Notes under the pieces: model-generated | The model's input: only the letters and a program-made list of their open reading frames with translations | Told to the model about the DNA's origin: nothing | The model's database searches: none | Shown: positions 50,040 through 62,768 of the stretch, in pieces | Layout: each line of letters begins with the position of its first letter | Numbering within the stretch: the first letter of the stretch is position 1 | NCBI RefSeq assembly: GCF_035084215.1 | Contig: NC_090325.1 | Coordinates: forward strand, 196,726,001-196,790,000 | Length of the DNA stretch: 64,000 bases | Direction: 5' to 3' | Source of the DNA: Heptranchias perlo | Taxonomy: Eukaryota | Position numbers and translations under genes: made by a program

Positions 50040-51755
50040 TGAACCTACATTGGCTCCCGGTCCGGCAACGCCTTGATTTTAAAATTCTCATCCTTCTTTT
50101 CAAATCCCTTCATGGCCTCGCCCCTCCCTATCTCTGTAACCTCCTCCAGCCCTACAACCCTCCCAGATCTCTGCGCTCCTCCGATTCTGGCCTCTTGCAC
50201 AGCCCCGGTTTTCATCGCTCCACCATTGGCGGCCGTGCCTTCAGCTGCCTGGGCCCTAAGCTCTGGAATTCCCTCCCTAAACCTCTCCGTCTTTCTCTCC
50301 TCCTTTAAGATGCTCCTTAAAACCTACCTCTTTAACCAAGCTTTTGGTCACCTGTCCTAATATCTCCTTATGTAGCTCGGTGTCAAATTTTGTTTGATAA
50401 TCACTCCTGTGAAGCACCTTGGGGCGTTTTACTACGTTAAAGACGCTATATAAATGCAAGTATTTGTTGTTGCTGCTGCTGAAACTGTACCAACTCCTTA
50501 AAGCTAACACTGTGACAGCTGTTAATCAAAATATCTACTTCAAACCTAGCCTTTTGAGGGAAGCAGAGTACTTTATGTAAAAGCATTAATGAAGCTACTC
50601 AAACACACAAATACAATTTTAAAGATAAGTTCAACCATGCTTTTGTGAAATACATAACATTGTGTGTTAATATTGTATTAGAAATTTGTTTCTGTACTTG
50701 CCCATCATTTTCTGCCCATTAAAATTAATTTTACCCCCTTGTTTTTAGTCCATACTCATTAAAAAACGAAAACAGCAGGCAGAGAAAATTCAAATAACGT
50801 TTTGAGCAACTTGGTTGCTTCTTTTATTGATACAGTCTCCCGACTGATCATTATGGATTAGTTCTTTCCATGAGTCCTTATTGGTAGTTTTCTTACCATT
50901 TTTGATTGGCTTATTCCCTACCTCCTCTGATTAGTTTCAGCCCATCAACAAAATGTGACAGAAAAAGCAGAAGAAAGTGTACCAAAAAGTAGGTGTTATA
51001 TTTACAGGACGTGCGTGTTCCATATGTCATACATGTTCCATGCGTCTGACTCCACACAGCTGTACCAAGAATTCACAGCTGTGGTAAGTGCCTTTGCTTA
51101 ACCAATTCGTCTGAATTTCTAAAGGCAGTTTTCATACCTGATCAAGCAAGGACACAAACAGGACTTTGCAGCCACTTAATTGCAAAGGAAATTCTAACCA
51201 TAATATTCATGAACCTTTTTAAAATGTTTACTGCTCATTGTGAAATTTGATAGGTGCTGATACAATCTCTCAGTTCCTTCAAAGAGCTGGCACAGGCACA
51301 ATGGGCCGAATGGCCTCCTTCTGTGCTGTAAGATTCTATGCAGACAACAATTTGCATTTATATAGCGCCTTTAATGTAGCAAAAATGTCCCAACCTTCAC
51401 AGGAGCAATCAGACAAAATTTGACACTGAGCCACACTGAGAGCATTAGGACAGGAGACCAAAAGAGGTAGGTTTTAAGGAGCGACTTCAGGGAGGAGGAG
51501 CGACTTCAGGGAGGGAATTCCAGAGCTCAGGGCCTAGGCAGCAGAAAGCACGGCCGCCAACGGTGGAGCGATGGAAATCGGGGATGTGCAAGAGGCCAGA
51601 ATTGGAGAAGAGCAGAGATCTCGGAGGGTTGTAGGAGGTTACAGAGATAGGGAGGGGGCGAGGGCCATGGAGGGATTTGAAAACAAGGATGAGAATTTTA
51701 AAGCCGAGGTGTTGTCGGACCGGCGGCCAATGTAGGTCAACGAGCACAGGGGTAC
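50040..51755. mobile_element. Two L2 3' fragments in opposite orientation (plus ~50040-50475; minus ~51345-51755)
   Basis: LHWLPVRQRLDFKIL... on plus; VDLHWPPVRQHLGFKIL... on minus. Confidence 0.85.
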
Positions 51756-52114
51756 CAAGGGGTACTGAATGCAACACATCTATAGCTACGATAATTCAAT
51801 AAAACACCTCCTTCTTTGTTCTTCACTCACCCCCTCCCATATTCCTCGCAGCACAAAAACAGCGTAAAGTAACTTTTGCCAAGGTTTAATCTGCCTAAGC
51901 AAGACACGACGTGTCGTCACTCTTCTATATATATGTATGAACTGGAGAAGAGTTTGTAATAGGGGCTTAAGGAAGGGAACAGATTATGTCACACAACACA
52001 AAACTGGATCAAAAACACATTTTCAGCATATAACATTTTTTTTCCAAGTGCAAATGCTGGAGACCTGAAACACGAACACAAAATGCTATCAATTCACAGC
52101 ATTCCTTGCCATAC

Positions 52115-52285
52115 CTTTCTGATGAAGTTGACGTGACACTCTCCGTTTTGCTGAGGTGGTGGGCATTCAGGGGGCACTGGGTAGTTACTATGTCGAGCAT
52201 TCTGTTGTGCTGCATAGGAGACTGCAGATAAAAAGCGGACCTCGATGAGGTTTGTTTCTTTGATCACGTCCGTACAATCAAAAGT
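52115..52285 (-). CDS. MANBA: MANBA exon 4
   Basis: [28 protein letters not shown]...[20 protein letters not shown]; 171 nt; tttag| and |gtatgg. Confidence 0.96.
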
Positions 52286-52909
52286 CTAAAACAAAAAAGC
52301 AAAATCAAAGACTTGCGACAATGTCTGAACATCAAGATTGACTTTTCACAAACAGCCTTTATAGTTTTTTTTTAAAAATAGGCAGATATTTTTGTCAGCA
52401 ATATATACAAAATGATTTTCTTCAAATTACTGATACTTTTGTAATGTTAGTTGAAAATAATTCAATAAGAAACTGCCTGGTGATTTTTCCCTTCCCTGCC
52501 TCTAAGTTCTTAGGTTCAGTGAAGAGGAGAAAGGGGGAACAGAGACCCTAGTACCAGGGCATTGCCCCACTAGGCTGTCCCGGGATTGTCTGGACTGCCC
52601 CATTGGCAGATAGCAGTAACCAGGAGGTCCAAATGCTGGCCTTTGTGCTCCTGTTTCCACCCTCGCCTTGATGCCAGTGCAAGGCCGTGCCAGGTGTGCG
52701 CAGGACCAAGCTAATGGCCCAGGCGAGACAATTCCAGGGCAAGTGTGTAAAGCCACTTCATTAGAGGAGGAAAAGGAGCAATTAAGAGAGGTGGCCGAAA
52801 GCTTGGTCATACAGATGAGTTTCGAAAGACTTCTATAAAAGGAAAGGGCAATAAAGAGGGAAAGTGTGAGAGAGAGAGGGAAAGGGAGAAACAGCAGAGG
52901 GATTTTGTA

Positions 52910-54612
52910 GAATGATACGGCACAGAAGGAGACCTTTTGGCCCATCGTGCCTGTGCTGGCTCTTTGAAAGAGCTATCCAATTAGTCCCATCCCCCTGCTC
53001 TTTCCCCATAGCCCTGCAAATTTTTCCTTTTCAAGTATTTATCCAATTCCCCTTTTGAAAGTTATTATTGAATCTGCTTCCACCGCCCTTTCAGGCAGCA
53101 CATTCCAGATCATAACAACTCACTGCGTAAAAAAATGTTTCCACATGTCGCATCTGGCTCTTTTGGCGATCACCTTAAATCTGTGTCCTCTGGTTACAGA
53201 CCCTTTTTTAAAAAAAATTCATTCATGGGATGTGGGCATCGCTGGCTAGGCTGGCATTTATTGCCCATCCCTAATTGCCCTTGAGAAGGTGGTGGTGAGC
53301 CACTTTCTTGAACCACTGCAGTCCGTGTGGTGAAGGTTCTCCCACAGTGCTGTTAGGAAGGGAGTTCCAGGATTTTGACTCAGCGACGATGAAGGAACGG
53401 CGATATATTTCCAAGTCGGGATGGTGCGTGACTTGGAGGGGAACGTGCAGGTGGTGTTGTTCCCATGTGCCTGCTGTTCTTATCCTTCTAGGTGGTAGAG
53501 GTCGCGGGTTTTGGAGGTGCTGTCGAAGAAGCCTTGGCGAGTTGCTGCAGTGCATCCTGTGGATGGTACACACTGCAGCCACGGTGCGCCGGTGGTGAAG
53601 GGAGTGAATATTTAGGGTGGTGGATGGGGTGCCAATCAAGCGGGCTGCTTTGTCCTGGATGGTGTCGAGCTTCTTGAGTGTTGTTGGAGCTGCACTCATC
53701 CAGGCAAGTGGAGAGTATTCCATCACACTCCTGACTTGTGCCTTGTCGATGGTGGAAAGGCTTTGGGGAGTCAGGAGGTGAGTCACTCGCCACAGAATAC
53801 CCAGCCTCTGATCTGCTCTTGTAGCCACGGTATTTATTTGGCTGGTCCAGTTAAGTTTCTGGTCAATGGTGACCCCCAGGATGTTGATGGTGGGGGATTT
53901 GGCAATGGTAATGCCGTTGAATGTCAAGGGGAGGTGGTTAGACTCTCTCTTGTTGGAGATGGTCATTGCCTGGCACTTGTCTGGCGCGAATGTTACTTGC
54001 CACTTATCAGCCCAAGCCTGGATGTTGTCCAGGTCTTGCTGCATGCGGGCACGGCCTGCTTCATTATCTGAGGGGTTGCAAATGGAACTGAACACTGTGC
54101 AGTCATCAGCGAACATCCCCATTTCTGACCTTATGATAGAGGGAAGGTCATTGATGAAGCAGCTGAAGATGGTTGAGCCTGCCACTGGAAACATTTTCTC
54201 CTTATTTACTCAAAATCCTTCATAATTTTGAACACCTCTATTAAATTTCCCCCTAACTTCTCTGCTCTAAGGAGAACAACCCCAGTTTCTCCAGTCTCTC
54301 CACGTAACTGAAGTCCCTCATCCCTGGTACCTTTCTGGTAAATCTCTTCTGCACCCTCTCTAAGGCCTTCATATCCTTCCTAAAGTGTGGTGCCCAGAAT
54401 TGGACACAATACTCCAGCTGAGACCAAACAAGTGTTTTGTAAAGATTTAGCAGAACTTCCTTGCTTTTGTACTCTATGCCTCTATTTATAAAGCCCAGGA
54501 TCCCATATGCTTTTTTAACAGCCTTCTCAACTTGTCCTGCCATCTTCAGCAATTTGTGTACGTACACCCCCAGGTGTCTCTGTTCCTGCACCCCCTTTAA
54601 AATGTTACCATT
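52910..54612 (-). mobile_element. CR1 fragment with family-B LINE (~53205-54178) nested inside
   Basis: 307-aa ORF FINDLP...MFADD...WADKWQVTF; host CR1 splits at GGTTACAGACCC|...|CCTGCCACTGGAAAC. Confidence 0.88.
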
Positions 54613-54964
54613 TAGGGAGGGAGATCCAGAGAGCAGGGTGGAGACGCCAGGCCTTCTTTGACAAGCCGAGTGAGATTAAGGAACTGTGGAGAATTGTGGG
54701 GAATGAGTAGGTGCCACACTCTGCTATATTTGGTACATGATGCTGCACAGTATATCGTTTGGCAAATTACTCAGTCTCCAGCACTGAGTGTGAATAAAAT
54801 CATGCGATGTGCACAGCACTGAGGAAAGAACAAATTTCCACTGATAGCTACACCCATTACCTTCTACATATAATACTTTCGGATAGGATTCATATTTGTG
54901 TGCAGAGGAACAGAAAGTGAGATGACGAGGCTGTGCTACCAATAGCAGAAGAAGGGTTACCATA

Positions 54965-55412
54965 AACGTGTGGCCGACATAGCACTCTCACTTGAGTCAG
55001 AAGGACGTGGGTTCACTCCAGAGACTTGAGCACAAAATCTAGGCCAACACTCCCAGTGCGGTACTTAGGGAGTGCTGCACTGTCGGAAGTGCCGTCTTTT
55101 GGATGAGACGTTAAACCAAGGCCTCGTCTGCCCTCTTGGATGGACGTAAAAGATCCCACAGCCACTATTTCAAAGAAGAGCAGGGGAGTTCTCCCAGTTG
55201 CCTGGCCAATAATTATCCCTCAAACATCATCACTAAAAACAGATCAGGTCATTACCTCATTACTGTTGTGGGATCTTGCTGTGCGCAAATTGGCTGCCGT
55301 GTTTCCTACATTACAACAGTGACTACACTTCAAAACCACTCACTTGGCTGTAAAGCGCTTTGGGACGTCCTGAGATTATGAAAGGCGCTGTAGAAATGTA
55401 AATCTTTCTTTT
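54965..55412 (+). mobile_element. SacSINE1/Deu-type SINE
   Basis: Colinear with 7081-7540. Confidence 0.82.
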
Positions 55413-55833
55413 TAAATGGTCTGAATGAAGAGATAGTGGGATTAATATAACTGTAGACCCATTCTGTCACATTCTTAATATCTGGCAGCCTATCAAAGGA
55501 AATGCTGAACAAAGGTTATCCATTTTCCATTGGATGGGGGAAAGGGGAATTAAAATTCATAAGGTGTCGCCTCTGTCTGCTTTCTTGCACTGCCAGGCAA
55601 CTGATTATAGCGATTTCCCATTTCAGCTGGGGAACTATAGAGGGCATGGGAAGATCCAAAGAGGAGATCATATTAAAAATATGGAGTTAGAAAAAGGGTT
55701 AGCAATGCCAATCTGCAACGTTCTCCGCAAAATTCAGAGACATGCTTCTTTTGGTGCTGGGAAACTCTTCTTGACTCAAGGTTATCCTCAGATCGCCTGA
55801 TATATACACTGGGACAATGCTGTTAAAAAGATC

Positions 55834-56031
55834 TTACAACACCAAGTTATAGTCCAGCAATTTTATTTTAAATTCACAAGCTTTCGAAGGCTTCCTCCTT
55901 CCTCATTTACCTGAGGAAGGAGGAAGTCTCCGAAAGCTTGTGAATTTAAAATAAAATTGCTGGACTATAACTTGGTGTTGTAAAATTGTTTACAATTGTC
56001 AACCCCAGTCCATCACCGGCATCTCCACATC
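55834..56031. mobile_element. 198-bp fold-back Penelope-derived element (family 1) carrying a hammerhead at 55906-55944 (+)
   Basis: 12-bp TSD GTTAAAAAGATC at 55822-55833 and 56032-56043; 55834-55905 is the reverse complement of 55912-55983; same sequence as the 3' end of the 14057-16355 element. Confidence 0.9.
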
Positions 56032-56255
56032 GTTAAAAAGATCAACTAGACATGAGTGGAAAATAGAGAGAGTCAGACAGGTATGATTTTCATTATTTTT
56101 CTTCCATTAAGATATGAAATCGGGGAAGTATCCACACAGTATCTGCAGGAATCCTAAGAATATAAGGTAAGAGAAAATATTTTTTAAATTACCACTAAGA
56201 AATAAGTTAGCTCTGGCTTACTAGTGTTAAATGAGTCTTGTACGGTTTCACTCAC

Positions 56256-56361
56256 ATATCGTCTAAACATGTTGTTTGATGTCCCAACTGCGATATTATT
56301 GATCAGAATTGTTGCAACGGTGTCCAGCCCATCACAAACTAGATTCACTCTCTTCCATTTG
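56256..56361 (-). CDS. MANBA: MANBA exon 3
   Basis: KWKRVNLVCDGLDTVATILINNIAVGTSNNMFRRY; 106 nt; atcag| and |gtgagt. Confidence 0.96.
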
Positions 56362-56749
56362 CTGATAAAAAGAAAGAAAATAATGATCCACATACTTTTT
56401 TTTAAAATCCTATTTGTTCCTGAAATAAAGCACAGCCTCTATCGCCCTGCTTGAACCAGGTTTCAAAATTATTTTTAAAATTCCACAATTTTTTAAGTTA
56501 GTTTGATAAATCAAAGTTCAACCAAACGCCGGCATTTCATGCCAGATCTGAATAATTGCATGGGGGAAGGGCAGGGAGAGGGGATTAGAATAGACCGCTC
56601 CAGATGAGGAACTCGCACCTGCAAAAGTGCAAACAGCTTCCTTCTGTGCTTTAATTTCTATGAACCTAGATTTTCCAATCGGTGTTCACACCAGCATTAA
56701 CACATCTATTTTAAAGAGCTCAGCTCTGAGTCGACCAGGACACTGAAGT

Positions 56750-57500
56750 TTCAAACAGTCAGGTTTAGCCTGAGACAGTGACCAGGGCAGAAAATGGATT
56801 CGGTGGCCAGGGTAAGGAGTTTGTGGCAGGGGCTGAAGACAACGGCTTTGGTCTTCCCAATGTTTAACTGGAGCTCATCCAAAATTGGAGGTCAAACAAG
56901 CAGTCTAACAATAAAAAGGTAGTGGAGGTGTGGAGGGGGGCCGAGGGGGGCAGTGGAGAGGTTGGAAGAGGTGGAGGGGTAGAGCTTGATGCCATCAATG
57001 TACATGTGGAAACTGACCCCATGTCTGCCGGTGATGTCACTAAGGGGCAACACGTAGATGAGGAAGAGGCCTTGCAGGTATTCAGAGGCAATGATTCAGG
57101 GGCGGGAAGAGAAGCCAATGCTGGAGATACTTTGGCTACAATTGGTTAGTTAGGGATAGAATCAAGTGAGGGCCCACTGAGCTGGACAATGGAGGAGAGG
57201 CGTTTGGAGGAGGATGGCGTGGATAATGCATCACGGTCACAGAGGATGGCAGTGGAGGCTTTGGTTAGGGCCATTTTGGTGCTGTGGCAGAGACAGAGAT
57301 ATGTTTGGACAGATTCAAACATGGTGGGAAAGATGGGCACAGATTTGGGAGGCAACACAAGGACTCTGGAAAGGAAAGGAACGGAACGTGAGGTTGGAAA
57401 TGGGACAGTAATTTGCAAGGACAGAGGGGTCAAGGGTAGGTCTTTGGGGGGGGGGGGGGGGGCTAGCGGTGATTTAAGAGGGAGTGGGAGAGTACCTGAA
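56750..57500 (-). mobile_element. Degenerate L2 LINE fragment
   Basis: Colinear similarity to 29350-29870. Confidence 0.7.
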
Positions 57501-57998
57501 ATAAATTGCCAGCTAATCTGTTTTTGGTGGTATTGGACAAGGGAGGAATATCAGGAGAACTCCTGCTCTTCAAATAGTGCCATGGGAGCTTTTCAGTAAA
57601 AGCTGCGGGAGCTGTAGGTCTCAGAGGAGGAATCACCATTACACAGGTTCAGAGCATCACAGAAACAACTCCATGTAAAGTCCTACATACTTTAGTGAAG
57701 TCTGGTGTCCTGGGTGTAACAATCTACATAGACGTTTGAGGTGGAACAACCTCTAGATGTGAGCTATATACAAGAATTTTAATTAAACAGATCATAAGAT
57801 TCTAGCAAGCTGGGGTGCCAATGGGGTCATGTACCCCAGCAAATCGGAAGGAAAAGTGTCCTCCAGTTTCTTACCCCTTCTCCCATTCAGAGAGCATTTC
57901 CTGCTGCCAATGGATAGAAAGCAGAATACATGCAGCTTTTCAATAACTACAGTCCACTCTCCCAACAATTCTCTATAAACCACAGCGTTTGTACTAAC

Positions 57999-58093
57999 CT
58001 GACATCAGATGGAAGAGTGAATGTTCTACTATATGTCCAGTTGTCCAGTGCAATCCATCTGTAGGCATCATCATTAAACCTATAGTAAGGATC
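57999..58093 (-). CDS. MANBA: MANBA exon 2
   Basis: [31 protein letters not shown]; 95 nt; tatag| and |gttagt. Confidence 0.96.
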
Positions 58094-58239
58094 CTATAAT
58101 TAAAACACAAGAGTTATATTTACACAAGATACTTTTCTAAGATAAATTTTTTTCTCTCCTAATGGTTATTCTTCAAAAATGCACGGTTCTTTGCTCTGAA
58201 TCGTTTTTTAAAAAAACAGTAACAATTAAAAATACCTAC

Positions 58240-58520
58240 ACAGAATTTACAGCACAGAAACAGGCCATTCGGCCCAACAGGTCTGTGCCGGTGTTTATGC
58301 TCCACACGAGCCTCCTCCCTCCCTGCTTCATCTCACCCTATCAGCATATCCTTCTATTCCTTTCTCCCTCATGTGTTTATCCAGCTTCCCCTTAAATGCA
58401 TCTATACTATTTGCCTCAACTACTCCTTGTGGGAGCGAGTTCCACATTCTCACCACTCTCTGGGTAAAGAAGTTTCCCCTGAATTCCTTATTGGGTTTAT
58501 TAGTGACTATCTTGTTTATC
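58240..58520 (-). mobile_element. CR1 3' fragment
   Basis: FRGNFFTQRVVRMWNSLPQGVVEANSIDAFKGKLD. Confidence 0.85.
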
Positions 58521-59550
58521 TTAACACCAAACAATGGCAATAAATGCTGATGATATTATTCACCACTGAAACATAAACATCCTGAGACAGAACATATTGT
58601 GTACTAAAATCAAGGCAAACTTTATGGAGAACAAAACCAGAAACCACTTGAAACAAGGCTCAGCACTTCCTTAAAACTGAACAGTTTAGATGAGTTAAAC
58701 TCGCCTAGCAATTGTTCAGGTCACTATATTTCTATTCAATTGACTGAACAAGGGCACATTTAAAGTACAATATCTGAAAGGCAAATAAAGATAATTGCTA
58801 AAAACCAGTAGCCCTGCAACTATTTTAGAATTTCTAGAAATGTCAGTAGAAAGGACTAATTGCCCACAAAGCTATCTCTCCTAAACCCACCTCCCTATTC
58901 GTGGCCCGTACCCTTTCATATTTTTCTTCTTCATCTTCAAGTGTTAATTAATTCCCTCTTAAATGTTATGATTGACTCAGCTTTAAAATTGGCTGCCACA
59001 TTTCCTACATTACAACAATGACTACACTTCAAAAGTACTTCATTGGTTGTGAAGTGCTTTGGGACATCCTGAAGATGTGAAAGGTGGTATATTCATTCAA
59101 AATCTTTCTTTTCTTTAAATACTGTCATAGGATCTTTTATGAGCAGGCAGACGAGGTCTCGCTTTAATATCACATTTGAAAGATGGTTCCTCAGTCAACA
59201 CAGAACTCCCTCAGTACTGAAGGGTCAGCCTAGATGGTGTGTTCACGTTCTTGAGTCGGGCAGTAGAGGCAAAAATACCACCGAGTCACGCTTAATTATA
59301 ATAGCAAGTGTTGCAGATATAAACCAATTACCCGCTTGACAGAAAAAAAAACAGCAAAATGATTTTATCCTTGAGTCAAATATCAATCATCACAACTCAG
59401 CAGCAATGCTTTCACCAAACGGTCTCACCTTCGTAACAGGTCAGCAAATAAACCAGACATTCAGCCAGAGCTAACGGGTGCAGCTTGTAATATCACAACC
59501 TACTAGAACGATAAGTTTAGAAAACTTTCCATTGTAACTGTTCTGTATCA

Positions 59551-59622
59551 TATCTATTATATACGATGTATATCTATTATATACGATGTATATCTATTAT
59601 ATACGATGTATATTTATATACG
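59551..59622. repeat. 20-bp tandem repeat (TATCTATTATATACGATGTA), ~3.5 copies
   Basis: Directly visible. Confidence 0.9.
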
Positions 59623-60139
59623 TTTCATGTCTACAATGGACGTCAATTTTCCTTCTCCTCCATGGTTAAATCTATAGTCTGTGTTTTCTGCTTTCTAATT
59701 GGTTATTGTCTGTTTTTATCTCAATAATGTCGATCAACTTAATTCTCGCCAAAAACGTTCAATTCCCCATCACATTACACAAAAAAAATCTGGACAATTA
59801 TTCGCTCACCATATTATATACGCTTAAAAATAACATTTGATTATAACATAAAGAACACAAAAAATTGAAAAGTCATAAAAATATCACAACTTATTCATTG
59901 ACTTGGTTTAACCCTGTCCCAGGATTTCACAGCCTGGTTAGCTGAGGCCTGACACTGTAAGGCCCCACACAATGTAGCCCCTCCCCACATAGAGAATTAA
60001 CAGCATATGCCAACCAGACTTTCCATCAGTGTCACAGCCCCAAACATCACTAGTCCCAGCACTCAGCAGGCAGGTACAGCCCACACATGGGGAAGTTCCA
60101 GTTTGTACATATATATTTACACACACACAGTCCTCCTAC

Positions 60140-60530
60140 GCCTCCAATTTAAAATTCTCATCTTCGTATTTAAATCCTTTCTTGGCCGTCTACCTCCCCA
60201 CCTCTGTAACCTCCTCCAGCCCTACGCTCCCCACTCCCCCACCACGCACCATCTCCTCATAACCACTGTCCCTCCGATGCTGGCCTCTTGTGTATCTCTC
60301 CATTCGATCCTCCATTCGTGGCCACGCTCTGTAATTCCCTCCCTGAAATCTTCCGCCTAAGCACCTCCCTCTCCTCCTATAAGACCCTCCTTAAACCCCA
60401 CCTCTTTGGCCACCCCTCCTAATATCCCCTGCTTCGGCTCGGTGTCAATTTTTGGCTGTTTATTTCTCTGTGAAGCACCATTGAACGTTCGTCTACATTA
60501 CAGGCGCTAAATAAATGCAAGTTGTTGTTA
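60140..60530 (+). mobile_element. L2 3' fragment
   Basis: LQFKILIFVFKS...PPHLCNLLQPY; AAATGCAAGTTGTTGTT tail. Confidence 0.78.
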
Positions 60531-61669
60531 CACTTTCCCAAAAGTGTGCAAGTGTGATCAGGAAGTGTGCAATGTTAAAAAAAACTTTATACACTAGTAA
60601 ACCTTCTGTGGCATTGCCCATCATAACTTGCAGATAAAAATTCATGAGGGAAGGCACAAATGTAGATATATTAAATCAGTCACATAAAATGATTTTAAAG
60701 GTTCCAAAAACTGCAAAGTAATAGGAACTTCAAAAGGAAACTGCAGCAAAGGTGGAGAAAATTCCGTGCTGGGAGACAGGCAGAGGAGTCACATCACTGG
60801 ATAAAGGCCTGAATCATCTCAATCCATTGTTGACAGAGGCACCGTAGGAAACTCCCACCATAAACGTCAGCTCAAAATGTTGACATAAAAACATCTCAAA
60901 AGTCATGATAACAGGAAGTTGAGTTTTCGGGACAGGGAGTGTACATGTGCACAAGATTTTTTGCATAATATCCCACAAAGAATTGAGCAATACTCAGGAG
61001 CCGTGTAAATCTGTGAGTCATACCGTAGGAGATCTACCAGGAAATAACATCTCTATCCCAATACAAACAGCCTAAAGCTGTGCTTGATATAACAAAACAT
61101 TGTCTTGCCAATTAAATTATAAAATGTATTATTACAGGACTATCTTCCCCACCACAGCAGGTCATATTTGAAGTTTTAAAAGTGTTTATTTTATTTTTAA
61201 CAAAGATTACTTTATACCAGGTAATTTTATGGTATATTGTTCCTCAAAGTTAATACTTCAACATATCTCAAACGACAGAGATGAGAAACGGTCATTTGGC
61301 CCATTAAAACTAATCATTAAGCCTTTGATTAAGGTATCTAGCTGTATTAAAAAAAGCAATGCTTTGCCTCCATCGCCTTGTTTGGTAGATTATTTCAAAC
61401 ATTTAATACTCTTTGAAGAAATAAGGTTTGCCTGATATTAGGGTTAGATGAAGAGGGGTGGGAAGAGACTCGTATGGAGCATAAACACCAGCATGGACCA
61501 GTTGGGGCGAATGGCCTGTTTCGGGCTGTCAATTCTATGTGATATCTGTGCCAAATTTACTTTTCACCTATTTTCATTTAAGGCTTCTTGTCCAAATTTG
61601 TGGTGTAATTACAATCCAACATTGTACTTAGGAGGCAAATTTCACTGGGCGATACGACTTCTGTTAAAG

Positions 61670-62140
61670 AAAAGAAAGACCTACATTTATATAGCGCCGT
61701 TTATGACCTCAGAACAACTCAAAATGCTTTACAACCAATGAAGTACTTTTTGAAGTGTAGTCACTGTTGTAATGTAGGAAACACAGCAGCCAATTTACTC
61801 ACAGCAAGATCCCACAAACAGCGATGAGATAATGGCCTGATAGTCTGTTTTTTAGTGCTGTTGATTGAGGGATATATATTGACCAGGACACCGGGGAGAA
61901 CTCCCCTGCTCTTCTTTGAATAGTGTCAAAGGATCTTTTACATCCACTTGAGAGGGCAGGCGGGGCCTCGGTTTAATGTCTCATCCAAAAGACGGCACCT
62001 TCGACAGTGCAGCACTCCCTCAGTATACACTGGGAGTGTCAGCCTGGATTATAGGCTCAACTCTCTGGAATGGGACTTGAATCCACAACTTTCTGACTCA
62101 GGGGCGAGTGCGTTACCCACCAAGCCGGGGCTGACACCTT
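61670..62140 (-). mobile_element. SacSINE1/Deu-type SINE
   Basis: Reverse complement of the 7081-7540 family. Confidence 0.82.
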
Positions 62141-62189
62141 ATATCATTGCGGCCCCTCCCAGTGCGGGGGTGCTGACCGGCAGTGCACG

Positions 62190-62460
62190 TCACTGACCCC
62201 TCGCTGACCCCCACTACAGGTCACTGACCCCAGTGCAGGTCACTAACCCTTCGCTGACCCCCCCGCTGCGGGGCGCTGACCCCTCGCTACGGGGCGCTGA
62301 CCCCCGGTGTGGGTCACTAACCCCTCGCTGACCCCCCCGCTGCGGGGCGCTGACCCCCGGTGTGGGTCACTAACCCCTCGCTGACCCCCGGTGGGGGTCA
62401 CTGACCCCTCGCTGACCCCCCCCACACTGCGGGTCACTGACCCCTCGCTGACCCCCGGTG
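62190..62460. repeat. Degenerate intron-1 minisatellite built on CACTGACCCCTCGCTGACCCC
   Basis: Repeated (C/G)CTGACCCC motifs just inside the exon 1 donor. Confidence 0.8.
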
Positions 62461-62479
62461 CCCGGCCCCCCGCACCCAC

Positions 62480-62713
62480 CTGGATGACTCCCCCTGTGAC
62501 CAGGCCGCTGTGCACCGACCCCGGCACCGCCGCCGCGCCCACCCGGACGCTGCCGTTTCCGTTGCGGATTTGCCAGCTGTTTCCCCGCAAACTGTAAACC
62601 CCGGGCCCGGGCTCCGGCTCGGCCTCGCCGCGCGCACAGGCCGCCAACAGCAGCAGCACCAGACAACCCCGGCCCGGGGCCTCGGCGTCACCCGCCCCGC
62701 TCCGGCCCGCCAT
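62480..62713 (-). CDS. MANBA: MANBA exon 1 (signal peptide + start of GH2 sugar-binding domain)
   Basis: MAGRSG...CLVLLLLAACARG...YSLRGNSWQIRNGNGSVRVGAAAVPGSVHSGLVTGGVIQ; 234 nt; donor CAG|GTGGGT; lies in a CpG island. An in-frame upstream ATG exists at 62755. Confidence 0.9.
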
Positions 62714-62768
62714 CAGCCTGAACCCTGACCCCGCCCGGCCTCCGCGCCTGCGCATTAACAGCCCGCCA

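Larger units (their letters stand above)
2112..62713 (-). other. MANBA: MANBA gene span (beta-mannosidase, glycoside hydrolase family 2), coding exons 1-16; 3' terminal exon outside window
   Basis: 16 exons with GT-AG boundaries join in one frame (2472 nt). Translation and exon sizes match recalled vertebrate MANBA structure ([36 protein letters not shown] motifs). Confidence 0.97.

Noticed and set aside
53271-54194. 307-aa ORF as a host gene
   Set aside because: It is a 5'-truncated LINE reverse transcriptase whose apparent start comes from the flanking CR1.
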